Of a stretch of DNA of 64,000 nucleotides, positions 21,223-31,935 are shown piece by piece (within the stretch, counting starts at the first letter, position 1; the number at the start of each line of letters is the position of its first letter). The notes beneath the pieces were generated by a model. It did not search any database, was not told where the DNA came from, and was given only the letters and a program-made list of their open reading frames with translations. Made by a program: the position numbers and the translations under genes. The stretch is from Paramoeba atlantica (lineage: Eukaryota; Protista; Discosea), in contig CDRNVI010000045.1 of NCBI GenBank assembly GCA_977017575.1, forward strand, positions 1 through 64,000. The letters run 5' to 3'.

Positions 21223-21264
21223 AAATATTGTCAGTCTGTATTTCTCTAGTAGAAAACTCTAGAT

Positions 21265-21305
21265 AGTACTATAGCCAGACATCGAATATGAATTTACAGA
21301 GTTCT
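21265..21305. repeat. 41-bp imperfect direct repeat upstream of the LRR gene (partner at 20286-20326)
   Basis: Direct comparison with 20286-20326. Confidence 0.75.
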
Positions 21306-21612
21306 GAAAGTAGATTCGCTATACAGAAAACAATTCTGTATTTTTTTCTGTATTACACATGGGAAGAAAATGGTGTTTCCATTAAAGTTGAATGGATTCA
21401 ACGTCAATTTCACTCCCTAGTGCTGTGACAGAGTCCCGTGACAGAGTGCAAATCTCGAGCTTAACTGCCAAGACCACGGTGACACGTCGCAGAGGGCCTT
21501 CTGTTTTATGTACAGGCGTGAAAAAACTCGCTTTAAGACGTTTCTACCGCGCATCATCCCTCTACGATCCTGTTCCAACGTGTTTCTACGTTCCACCGCT
21601 ACCCCCTCTGCC

Positions 21613-24600
21613 TTACCCCTCCTGTTTGTCCAGCCGTGCGGTTAGATCCTTCATGTACACCTCCCATCGCCGACAGTCCCTGTCGCTGGAGTTCTTCAAA
21701 ATATCCGACTCGCACTGCTGCAGCCTGCGCAGCAACGCACGACTCCCGACTCGCGTGTGGTACATCATCGCGAGCACGGGAATCACAAACCCAGGAGAAA
21801 GCGTGTTATTCCGGGCGGATGCTGTCGCACGGCTCCGGTGCCCCCCATCCTGCTCCCCGGTGAGCAAAATCGTTTTCATGGCACGAAAAAACAATTTAAT
21901 CTCCTCCGGGCCCATGCGCATACGCACCCGCGCAAACACATCCAGGATTTGTGCAATTGTAAGCAGCGAGAACGGGCGGATTGGGGCGGCTTGGCGTTGT
22001 CGAATGCGCCGGGGGGCGCGCTGCTCCGGGTTCGACCCCTCACGTAGGCTCAGGGTCTCGTCCAGGGCTTCCCATTGGCGCAGTACAAACACACACCAGC
22101 GGTGAACGATTTTCGAGTCCGGACAGTACCGGGTCTGGTTTACCGTAACAAGAAAATCCGTAGCTTGATCCGGGGTGAAGGGGAGTTCTCGAGGGTAGGG
22201 CTTTCCTATGGGGGTCGGCGTGTAGGACGGAGAACCCTTATTCAATTCGGTACGAGATTCCCTATCTGATTGTGCAGATGCCTCATCATTCGATTGCTGC
22301 CCCTCTCCTTCCCACCCCCACTCTTCCGACTGACGACTTGTGTCCCGCCGCTGTGCATCCGCTCCATACGTAAAAAACTCTCCCAATTCATTTGTCTTTT
22401 CTTCTTCCTGCGGGATTTTATTCGGAAACCGCGTAAGCTCCACGGCGCGATCCAGCAGCAGTCGCGAGGCCTCCGCATGCAGCGCACGAATCTTATCCCC
22501 CCCTCTCCACGTACGACAGCGTTGCATCCCGAACAGACAGTTGGCAATATGCGGGGGCTGGAACTTTTCGCGTAAAGCGCGGTCGTTGTAAATACGAGAT
22601 ACAAAGGGGAACAACTCCGCAGGGCTCACCAGCAGCAGGCCTGCATTCATTAAACAAAGCGACAGGACCGCAGGGTCGAGACTCGCACACGTCTCGGGAT
22701 CACTCAGGCGACGCAGGTTACCGACCACGAGATCCGGGGGGACATTACCCCCCTTGGACTTCGCCCACGCCAGAACTTTCATCACACGACACAGCTGGGT
22801 GCTGTCAAGATCACTTAGCGGAACTTTCCTCATCTTCTCTTCCTTTGTTTTCACCAACTCCGCTTCCCCATGTAAGGCTGTGTTGTTTTCACGGGTCTTT
22901 TGCTCACTTGTTTTGTGTATGCCCTCTCGCGGCTCTTGTTCCTTTGAACAGGAAAATTCCCGTAACAACGCACAAATCCGATCCCGGGGCTGAGAGGTAT
23001 GCATGGCAGAGTTTAACACCAGCACGAGGGTCTGTGCGGTCCACGGCTGTGTCTTCGAGGCCTGTACACAGGACTCAAACATCACCCCTGCGTCCCGAGG
23101 GGACATGATCCCCAAAATCGACCCGGAGGAGTACATATGGGCCATATCAAACAGCGTCCCCTCCCGTAGGTGTTCCGGGGAGAGGTGATCTAGAAACGCC
23201 CGTAACCAGGCTCGTGTATTGGGGTAATGCCCCGCACGGTGATAGGCGCGACTCCCCCCTTCCGCGTTCTCCAAACACCCGCCCTGCTCCTGCCTCCAGG
23301 GGAGCCCCAGCAAGTGTCGCCTGCGCTCCAAATAGGCGAAAGCATCCCCGAGTCCTGAGACCATTAGATTAATATAGGTGGGCTGCTTTCGGGATAACGA
23401 CGGGAGCACGCCTTTGTCCACGATCGCGTTAGCTTCCTCGGTAACGACCGCTGAGAACAATTCTAAAATCCGTACACGAATGAGATCGACTAAATCGGCA
23501 TGGACAACCCCCGCTACGGTTTTTTCACTTGCACCCGCATTTGTGTTTGCATTCGTTTTCGCCTTTGCATTAGTCTGCGGATATAAAACCGGATCCTCCC
23601 AGCTTTGTTCTTTCACCAACGGCCGGAGTGTGTCTTCGATTTCACTATACCAATTTAAATGGGGCGCTTTTGCGGCGGCGCTTCGGTAGCTGTCGGTGCG
23701 TCGTAACAACGTACCCATGTCGCACGATAACGGGGCCACGGTGTGATGTTCTAACACTTCCAATAGAGGAAAGATAAAACAGGCCGGGGCACCTTGGCTT
23801 AAGGCCCCGGAGAGAACTTGAATAAGTTCATTGGGGGACCAATCCAGACACATCTTTTGGGGGAGGTAACGCGGGGGGACGGAATTTCGGATTCTTGGAG
23901 ATGAAGAAGACACTGACCTTGAATTTGAATTCTCCTCTTCGGCGAACATCACTTCCCCATTCATTGTCTCCTCCGGAAGAGAAATATCCGGGGAGGTGTT
24001 TAGAAAATCACTCTGGTCATTTTCAACATCACCACCATCACCCGACAAAGAGGACGAATCCCCTCTCCACCCCACCCCCTCCCTCTCCCCTCTTTCCTCA
24101 TCTCCCCCACCAGATGAACCTTTGTTCATCTCTGTTCCTGATCTCCCCACTGTTGTACCCCCACCCTCCTCCAACCCCTTTCTCAACTCCTGCGTCACCC
24201 AATCCAACACCAGTGGGGTTAACCCCACACACGCCGCGGGGGCCCGGGCCCACGATGTGGCACACTCCGCCACCATCGCACGGGTCACCCAAGGGCTGCC
24301 CCCACCCCCACTACCCCCACTCCCACTACCCCCACTCCCACTACCCCCACTCCCACTACCCCCACTCCCACTGCCACTCCCACTGCTACGGCTCCCACTC
24401 CCATTGCCACGGCTCCCACTCCCACTGCCACTGCCCCTGCCGCCACTGCCACAGCGAGAGGCAATGGCTTGGGCTAAGGCGGTGAGGGGGGAGGGCCGCA
24501 GAGCGCTGCTGGGGGGGTGGGAGGGGCCGAGCCGTAGCAGTGAGGTGAGCACACAGCTGGCTTGGTGGGGGGAGTACTGCGGGGTGAGCTCGGGGAGGAG

Positions 24601-25074
24601 AGCGTGGATCGTGGCAAGGGTGGACGGGGGGAGATACCCGATACGACGGGAGCTGCGGAGCAGGAGACGGATCTCCTCGGGGAAGGCGGAGGGGGGGGTG
24701 GGGGTGTCGGGGGGGGGCGTGGGGGTTTCGGTTTCGGTACAGGTGGCGTCGGTTTCGGTGGCGGGACGAAGGAGGTGGGCGGTGGCGAGGAAGAGTTTCT
24801 CCAGACGGTCTTGGGCGACGGGGTTGAAACGGGCATCGTTGCCGGAGGCGGCGACGAAGGTGAGGATTTGGTTGAGGTTGGCCAGGTTGAGATCGCTGGA
24901 GAGACGTTTGGCTTGCCAGAGGGCGTTGCGGAGTACGGGTAGGGAGGGTTTCACGCGGAGGGTGGAGAGGGCGGAGAGAAGGATACAGAGGGTTTCAACT
25001 TCAATTTTTTGTTCTAGAATCTCTCCCGAGCGGCGTAGCACGGTACGTAACATTGAATGCCGCAGATTTTTCAT
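21613..25074 (-). CDS. Large helical-repeat hypothetical protein with a Gly/Ser tract, possibly an organellar RNA-binding protein (OPR/HPR/RAP-like)
   Basis: 1153-aa ORF; short helical units such as NLANLNQILTFVA, SPNELIQVLSGA, FQPPHIANCLFGM, FTPDQATDFL; (SGSGG)n linker. Confidence 0.7.
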   Translation of the reverse strand: MKNLRHSMLRTVLRRSGEILEQKIEVETLCILLSALSTLRVKPSLPVLRNALWQAKRLSSDLNLANLNQILTFVAASGNDARFNPVAQDRLEKLFLATAHLLRPATETDATCTETETPTPPPDTPTPPSAFPEEIRLLLRSSRRIGYLPPSTLATIHALLPELTPQYSPHQASCVLTSLLRLGPSHPPSSALRPSPLTALAQAIASRCGSGGRGSGSGSGSRGNGSGSRSSGSGSGSGGSGSGGSGSGGSGSGGSGGGGSPWVTRAMVAECATSWARAPAACVGLTPLVLDWVTQELRKGLEEGGGTTVGRSGTEMNKGSSGGGDEERGEREGVGWRGDSSSLSGDGGDVENDQSDFLNTSPDISLPEETMNGEVMFAEEENSNSRSVSSSSPRIRNSVPPRYLPQKMCLDWSPNELIQVLSGALSQGAPACFIFPLLEVLEHHTVAPLSCDMGTLLRRTDSYRSAAAKAPHLNWYSEIEDTLRPLVKEQSWEDPVLYPQTNAKAKTNANTNAGASEKTVAGVVHADLVDLIRVRILELFSAVVTEEANAIVDKGVLPSLSRKQPTYINLMVSGLGDAFAYLERRRHLLGLPWRQEQGGCLENAEGGSRAYHRAGHYPNTRAWLRAFLDHLSPEHLREGTLFDMAHMYSSGSILGIMSPRDAGVMFESCVQASKTQPWTAQTLVLVLNSAMHTSQPRDRICALLREFSCSKEQEPREGIHKTSEQKTRENNTALHGEAELVKTKEEKMRKVPLSDLDSTQLCRVMKVLAWAKSKGGNVPPDLVVGNLRRLSDPETCASLDPAVLSLCLMNAGLLLVSPAELFPFVSRIYNDRALREKFQPPHIANCLFGMQRCRTWRGGDKIRALHAEASRLLLDRAVELTRFPNKIPQEEEKTNELGEFFTYGADAQRRDTSRQSEEWGWEGEGQQSNDEASAQSDRESRTELNKGSPSYTPTPIGKPYPRELPFTPDQATDFLVTVNQTRYCPDSKIVHRWCVFVLRQWEALDETLSLREGSNPEQRAPRRIRQRQAAPIRPFSLLTIAQILDVFARVRMRMGPEEIKLFFRAMKTILLTGEQDGGHRSRATASARNNTLSPGFVIPVLAMMYHTRVGSRALLRRLQQCESDILKNSSDRDCRRWEVYMKDLTARLDKQEG

Positions 25075-25352
25075 TGTAGATGAAAGGTTACAAAAAAACA
25101 GGGCGTTGGTGCAGCTGTAGAAAAGAGTTATGGATGACTTCTTTGGACAGAGAGCCTACAAATAAGTAAATTCCTTCTCTACTACAATAGAACAACAATA
25201 ACATTCACGATATACAATAACAAAGTATGATTACACGTTTGAGACACGAGGCATGAACCAAACGTTGGCCCTGCGTTCATTCCTACTTTCATAAGATCCT
25301 TAAAAAGAATGGTCCTGAGAAACGAGCTATTTGCTACAAGATAATAAGGTTC

Positions 25353-25613
25353 TCAAACGTTTGCCGCTTCAGCATCTTCTGCGGTGCTGGCCAATTTCTC
25401 AGTGTCGGTGTATCGATCCGCTGGATTAAATAATAGCAAAATGTGTGTTTGCTCGGAGTGTGAAAGAAACATTCGTCGGCAACACATGCGATGCAAACCC
25501 AGCAAGTCCATCGCATCGCCGCTACGGTAGCCCTGTTTCTGGTAACTCATGTAGTCATCCCACTTGTCGCCAATTACTTTGCCACAAGTGAAGCATCGTA
25601 TCGGGATGATCAT
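25353..25613 (-). CDS. RPB10: RNA polymerase I/II/III common subunit RPB10
   Basis: MIIPIRCFTCGKVIGDKW...LDLLGLHRMCCRRMFLSH-type signature (here MDLLGLHRMCCRRMFLSH). Confidence 0.95.
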   Translation of the reverse strand: MIIPIRCFTCGKVIGDKWDDYMSYQKQGYRSGDAMDLLGLHRMCCRRMFLSHSEQTHILLLFNPADRYTDTEKLASTAEDAEAANV

Positions 25614-26138
25614 TAAGGGAAATTATGTATTTATAATTAACTATTGTATACATGTAGACTACTTTGTGTACTACATGCGCTGTATCTACGCTCGTGTCTG
25701 TTCATAAATTTAGTAGTAGTCAGTGGTCTACACCACACCTTGCACAATTTTTACTGCAGCTTTATGCAGCGAATTAGTGTCAAAAACAAGTTTACGTTGC
25801 TTCCATGCTTGAGCACCACTTGAGCGACATCGCCAAATGGAATTGGATTCCGGAGGAATCAAAAGTGTATTACAAGACTTCCAAATTCCCAAAAGGTAGT
25901 GTTTCTCAGTACTTGCCTTAAAACTTCACGTTTTAAAAGGTATGCACACCTGAAATTATTTCATATATGAGCGCCAAACATTAATCAAGGTACCAGAAAG
26001 TAAGGTAAAAATTACGGGCAAAAAACGTTATCCTAAATAATGTCGGTGTGCTAGCTGCTTCGTTAAAAAGCGGTGGTTGTTGGTAAACGGGCTTCGCAAA
26101 TTGCTTCCCATTAACGACGCCGCGTATGGCTGAAAATA

Positions 26139-26228
26139 TAGCCGCCGGGAGTCGAACCTGCGACCATCAGATTATGAACGGCAGGTCTTATGAACTTGAC
26201 TACCTGGGTTCGAGTCCCGGGACCTACG
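26139..26228. pseudogene. Two tRNA-like 3' halves in divergent orientation
   Basis: Minus: tcataatctgatggtcgcaggttcgactcc (Met-CAT-like loop plus B-box). Plus: caggt-cttatga-acttg stem-loop then ctgggttcgagtcccgg T-arm. No D-arm or matching acceptor 5' strand. Confidence 0.5.
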
Positions 26229-26449
26229 TTTTTAAGCTCCGTGATTTGTGCCCAAATCGAGGATAGGAGGGGGGCTGGACCCCCTTTCTCACCCTGCTGG
26301 ATCCACCCTACCCCGGATACCATAAAGAAGGGAGAGGCAGAGGTTGTAAACAACCCCCGCAATCTCACTCTTAATTAATGTTTTCACGGCGTCGTGATTC
26401 TTCGCTTTTCAAATTCAATATACAATGGAATTCTTAAAATTAGTTCGCA

Positions 26450-27319
26450 TTACTGGTTGTTCACATCACTGATTCTAACTTGCGTATCCGTGATCTGCAA
26501 CGTCTGAAGACGAGCCGGAAGTTCGGACTTTTGCACGTCGCCACGCAAACTCGGATTCTTCGACAAATCCAAGGATGCCATATTAGCAGGAAGATGCGTC
26601 AAGTCTACGTCCCCAAAAAACGCGTTGCTGGATAAAAGAAGATTCCTTAAACTCAATGGCAGGTGGTCGAGCTCGAGCGCACACGAAAAATTATTTTGCT
26701 CTACGTTAAGATTCTTGATCCTAGAGGGGAGCGACTTCAAATCAAGAGACCCCGTGAAACGATTTCGCTCGAGAAACAAATGCATCACGTCAGTGGGAAG
26801 CGTCAATAAGCACACATTACCTGAGAAAACGTTGTGTCCGAGATAGATGTACTTAATTTTCCGGGGTAGGGAAGTCAAGTCAACCTCTCCTTCGAATATA
26901 TTACGACGCAGACTCAAAATGACTAGTTCCCAAGGTAGCTGATCGAAGGGTACCGAACCTGACAAAGCATTGTCACCAACCTGCAAGGAATGGAGCATAT
27001 GAGGAAGATCCTGAAAACTCATTTTTCCCAATAACTTGGAATGACTCCAGGAGATAACTTCCACTTCATTACGTTCATTACAACCCACACCTTCCCACTC
27101 ACATGCTGGTGTGTCAGTGCACCATGATTTTTCTTCGTGGTGAACTTTTGCAATGGCCCGTGCGAGTTGGTATTCTTGAGGTAAATTTGCAAAGCTAACT
27201 TTTGCGGCGTGGACTTTCCCACTTCGGGTATTCTTTTTTGATGGTGGCTAGTCTTCATTCATTTTTCGACGTTTACTGGATGGCTCCGGAATATCCGAGA
27301 ATGAAGAAAGGGGGAGCAT
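26450..27319 (-). pseudogene. LRR family gene with one premature TAG (27248-27250); the track ORF 26450-27088 is its 3' part
   Basis: Manual frame from ATG 27319: MLPLSSFSDIPEPSSKRRKMNED*PPSKKNTRSGKVHAAKVSFANLPQEYQLARAIAKV...TPACEWEGVGC, continuing into the LRRs. Confidence 0.75.
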
Positions 27320-27566
27320 GTAAATAATAGAAAAAAACGGGTGTAAATGAACAACGATGGAATGGTGACCATATAAAGTACTCCGTTATTTTTATGAGTG
27401 GGTGTCTTGTCCAATGTTTTAACAAAGGAAAATAAGAGGTTGAATCCCCATTGAATCTACACAATAATTTAGTAGTTCAATACACTGCACTGTATGTGAC
27501 ATCTCGGACGATTATTACTACACTCCTCTGTGGCGAAGACAGGACCGAAATCTTCACATCTTTGTA

Positions 27567-28397
27567 TTACAATACTTTGGATCTCACCCACTGCAACGGT
27601 TCTAACCACCACTGCGGGTCGCGTTGCAATTCCAGTTGAGATACCTTTCCACTCCCCGTCATCAAGCCACCTCCCCACCGCTTCGTATTCTCAAAATACA
27701 AATCACGAGCCGGTGTACTCTCCAACACCGTACTACTCTCCCTCCCTTCTTGCCTCACCCCCGTACGCTCCGACACCCCTCGCATCCCCCTCTGCCCAAC
27801 CTCTCCCACGTTGCTCCACCCCCCTTCCTCCGTTTCTCTCCCTCCATAACCTCTCCCCCCACCCCTGTTCGCCTCACTGCCCCGGGGAGCGTGAGCGCTG
27901 CGCTCGGAGCCCTCCCGGGACAAACTCCGCAGCCCCCCCTCCTCGGGGTTCCCCGCATTCACCCACATGGCAGGGAAGCGACTCGGGTCGCCCCCGCGCT
28001 GGGAGAACCCCGCGCTCTCGTGTGTACTTGTCGTTTTCACATCCTTTTGAGGGGTCTGAACCCAAGGATTGTTCAAAGGGGTTGGTTCAAAGGGGTTGTT
28101 AGGGGGGGGAGGCACCACATAGGGCTGAACCCCAATGGAGTACCCGGGGATGAGCTCGGTGGCATGGAGCTCGAGCAGAGCCCGTGCCGCGCTGGGCTCG
28201 GGAAGGGTGAGATGGAGGAAATTGGCCCCCATGGTCTCGGGGTACTCCGTGGTGAATGGGGTGGGGAGGCCGGCGTTGTGGAGAGCGGTGCGTAGGGAGG
28301 AGAGCACGCTGTCGCACAGGGCCGGGGGGAAGCCGGAGATGGTGAGGTGGGTTGTGGTGGGGGGGTTGTGGTGGGGGTGCGGGGAGGGGTGGAACAT
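27567..28397 (-). CDS. Nup35/Nup53-like (MPPN-type RRM) protein
   Basis: LTISGFPP...NFLHLTL...AARALL...SIGVQPY resembles the Nup53 RRM pattern (VFGFPP...NWMHI.Y...A.KAL...IGV.P). Confidence 0.5.
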   Translation of the reverse strand: MFHPSPHPHHNPPTTTHLTISGFPPALCDSVLSSLRTALHNAGLPTPFTTEYPETMGANFLHLTLPEPSAARALLELHATELIPGYSIGVQPYVVPPPPNNPFEPTPLNNPWVQTPQKDVKTTSTHESAGFSQRGGDPSRFPAMWVNAGNPEEGGLRSLSREGSERSAHAPRGSEANRGGGRGYGGRETEEGGWSNVGEVGQRGMRGVSERTGVRQEGRESSTVLESTPARDLYFENTKRWGGGLMTGSGKVSQLELQRDPQWWLEPLQWVRSKVL

Positions 28398-29039
28398 GGA
28401 GGACGAAGGGGGTTAAATTTGACGTTGTTGGGATAGGGAGGAGATTAAAGGTGTCTAAAATGTAACGATTCGTGACAAAAACATTCGCAAGGTATACATG
28501 CAATTCGTACATTTGAAAACTTTTGTAAGCTTTTCACCTCGAAAATACCACTGATGCGCGCTTCGCGTTGCAAACTACTCCGAGAAAAAAGTAAAATTCG
28601 CGAAAAGATCAAGCAGGTTCTATAGCATTTTGGGTGAAAATACAGGATTTCTCAGCGAAATTTTCGCCCTGGTTTGGGTCGCTTTTGGGACCTTCCCAGC
28701 TGTAGTGAGACACATATCTCACCGCCAAAATATTGTAAAAAAATATTGTAAAAGGGTAGATGAGATCCCAAAAATATGTGTTCAAACATGGATTTTTTTT
28801 AAAGTTTGCCTTTACGCATTTTGTTGCGATCCTGATTGAACACATAAAATTTTTGTTATGCTCCAGAAAAGAAGTTTGGTTTGTACCATCGACAAATGAT
28901 GATGAAAAACTCAAGCACGTGTATGTGAACAACCTGCACTACCACAGAAAGATCGCTCTATCGAATCAAATGTGACGTCGGGTCGATTATGTCACAAAAT
29001 ATTCTATGGTCCAAGCTACACTCCCGACCAGAACTATTC

Positions 29040-30074
29040 TGAAAACGTGGGGCAATCTAATAGTGTTACATGTCGTATCTGTGGCTCAGAGCCCGAGACC
29101 TTGAGACACGTATTATCACGCTGCAAAATATCGCATGACCAAGGGCGATATATATATACATGTATTTTTACATGTATATATATATCGCCCTTATGTATAT
29201 ACATGTATTTTTACATGTATATACATATCGATGCAACAAAGTGTTACGCATCATCGCGAGAGCAGTTGCCATCCCTCCCCGTACCTCCTGGTCGTCCTTC
29301 GATCTTCTGAGTCTCAGGAACCCCCCGGGATGGTGCCGCCATCATGGTGGGACGATTTTGACACCACTGTGTCCCGATGGTCTGGCCCAACTCAATGATG
29401 GAACTGAGTATATCGTTGAGCTTACCGCCCCTTGGGAGGGCAACTTTGCCGAAGCGCACTGTCGCGAAAAACACCAAAATTTGTTGCATCGGTGGCGGAT
29501 GACCCACCCAAACACGTATCTTCTATGCGCGGAGGTGGGCGCGAGAAGTCTTCCGGCTTCTTCTCTTACCGTATATCCCCCGGTAATAGAATCGGTTTTG
29601 GACCCAAATAACCCATCTCTGTTACTTGCGGGGATATGCTTTTTTTGGGGGGGGAAAAACCTTTTTTGTTCATATGTGCGTTGATTTTCTGCCCAGGCAA
29701 CGCCGCAACTACGCCATTCGTTCCCGCGCAACCACCCTCATCCGGCCCAGCGACCCCCACCCGACCAAACACCCCCTCCCCCCTCCAACCACCCTCCCCA
29801 GCCAATTCTCTGTTACTGGGGATCAGCCCAAAAATGGCCAAATCTCTGGTACCGGGGGGTATACGGTAGACAGTTAACCCGCCTTTTTGGGGATGTAAAC
29901 CGGTTCTCCATGTCGTGCCAATATGAAGTCATACGCGAAGCAATTCGCAGTGCCTTCGTTCTTTGGCTCATCCGTGAGTCTCCCGAATGGAAAGGGGGCG
30001 GATGGGCTAGAAACGACGCCCATGCGAGGTCGTCGTATGCGATATTCACATACAGGGTGTACATTACTCTACAG
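29040..30074 (+). pseudogene. 3' fragment of a HERO/NeSL-like retrotransposon, interrupted by a palindrome and a MITE
   Basis: TCRICGSEPETLRHVLSRCKISHDQGRY; PDGLAQLNDGTEYIVELTAPWEGN; after the MITE, RQLTRLF...EVIREAIRSAFVLWLIRESPEW; hairpin at 30029 and attactctacag at 30063-30074, as in the B tail. Confidence 0.85.
29567..29868. mobile_element. MITE family 2 copy with TA duplication
   Basis: TA|CCGTATATCCCC ... GGGGTATACGG|TA; removing it restores tct ctt aga cag tta (SLRQL) in the host retroelement frame. Confidence 0.85.
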
Positions 30075-30184
30075 ATTTTTCTGCATTGAATAAAATAGAT
30101 GCATGTTCCGAAACATTTTGTTTTTACATGTTACATGATTTTTCTTGCATGTTATATGATGTATTATGAAATGGTACGTGCTGA

Positions 30185-31057
30185 TTAAGGAGGTAGTGCC
30201 TTTTGCCAATGCATTTTGACATGTTTCTTCCCATAGAAACGGGCCATGGGACATTCCTGTTCAACGGCTTTGCCCAATGTCTCAATTTGCTTGGTCGTCG
30301 CCGCTGGCGCCTGAACCTGAACGTGGACCTCAGACCCCTTGACGTCAAAGCGAATGTCCTCGACCTTGACATTCATACGAGACGCGATTTGATGGGCATG
30401 ACTGGTTGAGCACATTTCCAACATCTTGTTGAAAATTGCGCTAAAAGGACTGAACCGTCCAGGCGACTGACTTCCTCCACTGGCGTCATTTGCCGATCCT
30501 GAAGAAGCGCTCGACCCAGAATTCTTCACTGAAAATGGCGAACTCGCCGCGCTCGTATGAAATAAGGAGCTAAATCGAGATGATTTCACGAATGTTTTTT
30601 GTGTTCCTGGTGCACCGGGGCGAAGGATATCCGTTAGACTACTTACTAAAGGCTTTTGTTTGTACGACGCAGAACGTGGCCCTTCTGTATCAGCCAGGTA
30701 TCTCCAAGCAGATTTTACGGCTTCTTTCGCCATACTGAGCTCACGTGGGGCAAACTGAGCCAAGAATCTTGGGGTCTGTATAGAATCTCGAGTTGAACCA
30801 ATCTTGTTTAAATAACTGCGAAGAGAGGGGTGATTGCGCAATCCTTGCACAGTCTCCTTAAACATTTGTGGCACTCCTCTCACCCATTCAAAGAAAGCAT
30901 CAAAGTCACGTACCTGTTCAGTTTTCTGATGTCCAGTACCAGTATAGAATACTCGAGCTATCATGTATGGGCGACCATATCTCTGCGTTGAAAGCTTGCA
31001 ATAACGGCATGGTGACTCGGCAAGAGATTTAGTACATTGCCGGCTCACGTAAATCAT
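30185..31057 (-). CDS. OsmC/Ohr-like domain protein (true start uncertain)
   Basis: C-terminal MLEMCSTSHAHQIASRMNVKVEDIRFDVKG...LGKAVEQECPMA with the two Cys in OsmC-like spacing. Confidence 0.5.
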   Translation of the reverse strand: MIYVSRQCTKSLAESPCRYCKLSTQRYGRPYMIARVFYTGTGHQKTEQVRDFDAFFEWVRGVPQMFKETVQGLRNHPSLRSYLNKIGSTRDSIQTPRFLAQFAPRELSMAKEAVKSAWRYLADTEGPRSASYKQKPLVSSLTDILRPGAPGTQKTFVKSSRFSSLFHTSAASSPFSVKNSGSSASSGSANDASGGSQSPGRFSPFSAIFNKMLEMCSTSHAHQIASRMNVKVEDIRFDVKGSEVHVQVQAPAATTKQIETLGKAVEQECPMARFYGKKHVKMHWQKALPP

Positions 31058-31935
31058 TTTGGTCGGGCAGTATTACCCAAAACGCTGAATTCCTCAAATG
31101 CTTTTGCGTAAATTTTGTTTTAGTTTATGCACGAAATTTATTTTAATCAATGATTACTCTTAATCTAAATAATATGTCCTAGATAGTGTCTTTACCAAAG
31201 TGAGATGTGAAATAAAGGACAAACCCTTTTACCATTTGCGATTACACCCCTGTTAATATATTTCTGTAAACGAGACATTTTGTAAATGGGACAAAAACTA
31301 GGTAAAACGGTTTCCAATTGGTAGTCTATGGTCACCATACGACAAAGCAAGAATTGTGACTAAAGCGAAACAAATGTAACTGTCTAGTAATTTTCTAGTC
31401 CTACAGCAAATTCAATGAGCTCCAGACAGAAAACGTTGAATACTAGAATAGTATTAAGAATATTTAGAATAGGTGTAACTGATCGTCTAAGCAAGTGTGT
31501 ACGTGATTCAGCAAATGCAAGCTTTAAATAAATACAATTAAACAATAATATAGTATAGACAAGTTTACCATTGTAGACAAGAGTAAGCAAGTAACTCAGC
31601 TTGAAATTCATATCTACACCTACTGTTTGAATAGGTGACTCCACACTATCGCCTTATTAGTTGATGTTCTCACTTAGATACGAGACGTTTCCCAATATAC
31701 TCCCCCATAGGTAAGCGTGGAACACTTTGTTCGATCCATCGTCTGGGAAGCTTTTGTTTGGGATAGATTACAGCCTCGAATAGATTGTCCAGCAAATCCA
31801 GTTGCAAATTCCGCGCATCCCTTCCCATATCATGTAAGTTTAAGTAACCAGAAAACCGATTTCTGCTGAAGTTCAAAATCTCTAACGAGTCAGGAAGATG
31901 CTTCACATCTAGCTCTCCAAAAAACAAATTCTCGC

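Noticed and set aside
23895-25120. Pro/His-rich plus-strand ORFs (also 41992-42789, 43135-43953, 53438-54268, 27624-28295 and similar)
   Set aside because: They are antisense shadows of GC-skewed minus-strand CDSs, with low complexity and no motifs.
26156-26228. Complete tRNA-Ile(TAT) or tRNA-Met gene
   Set aside because: There is no D-arm and no 5' acceptor strand at the expected distance; only 3' halves are present.
27248-27250. Stop-codon reassignment or readthrough explaining the in-frame TAG
   Set aside because: TAG and TGA terminate other genes here (20422 and 25353), so a single nonsense mutation is simpler.
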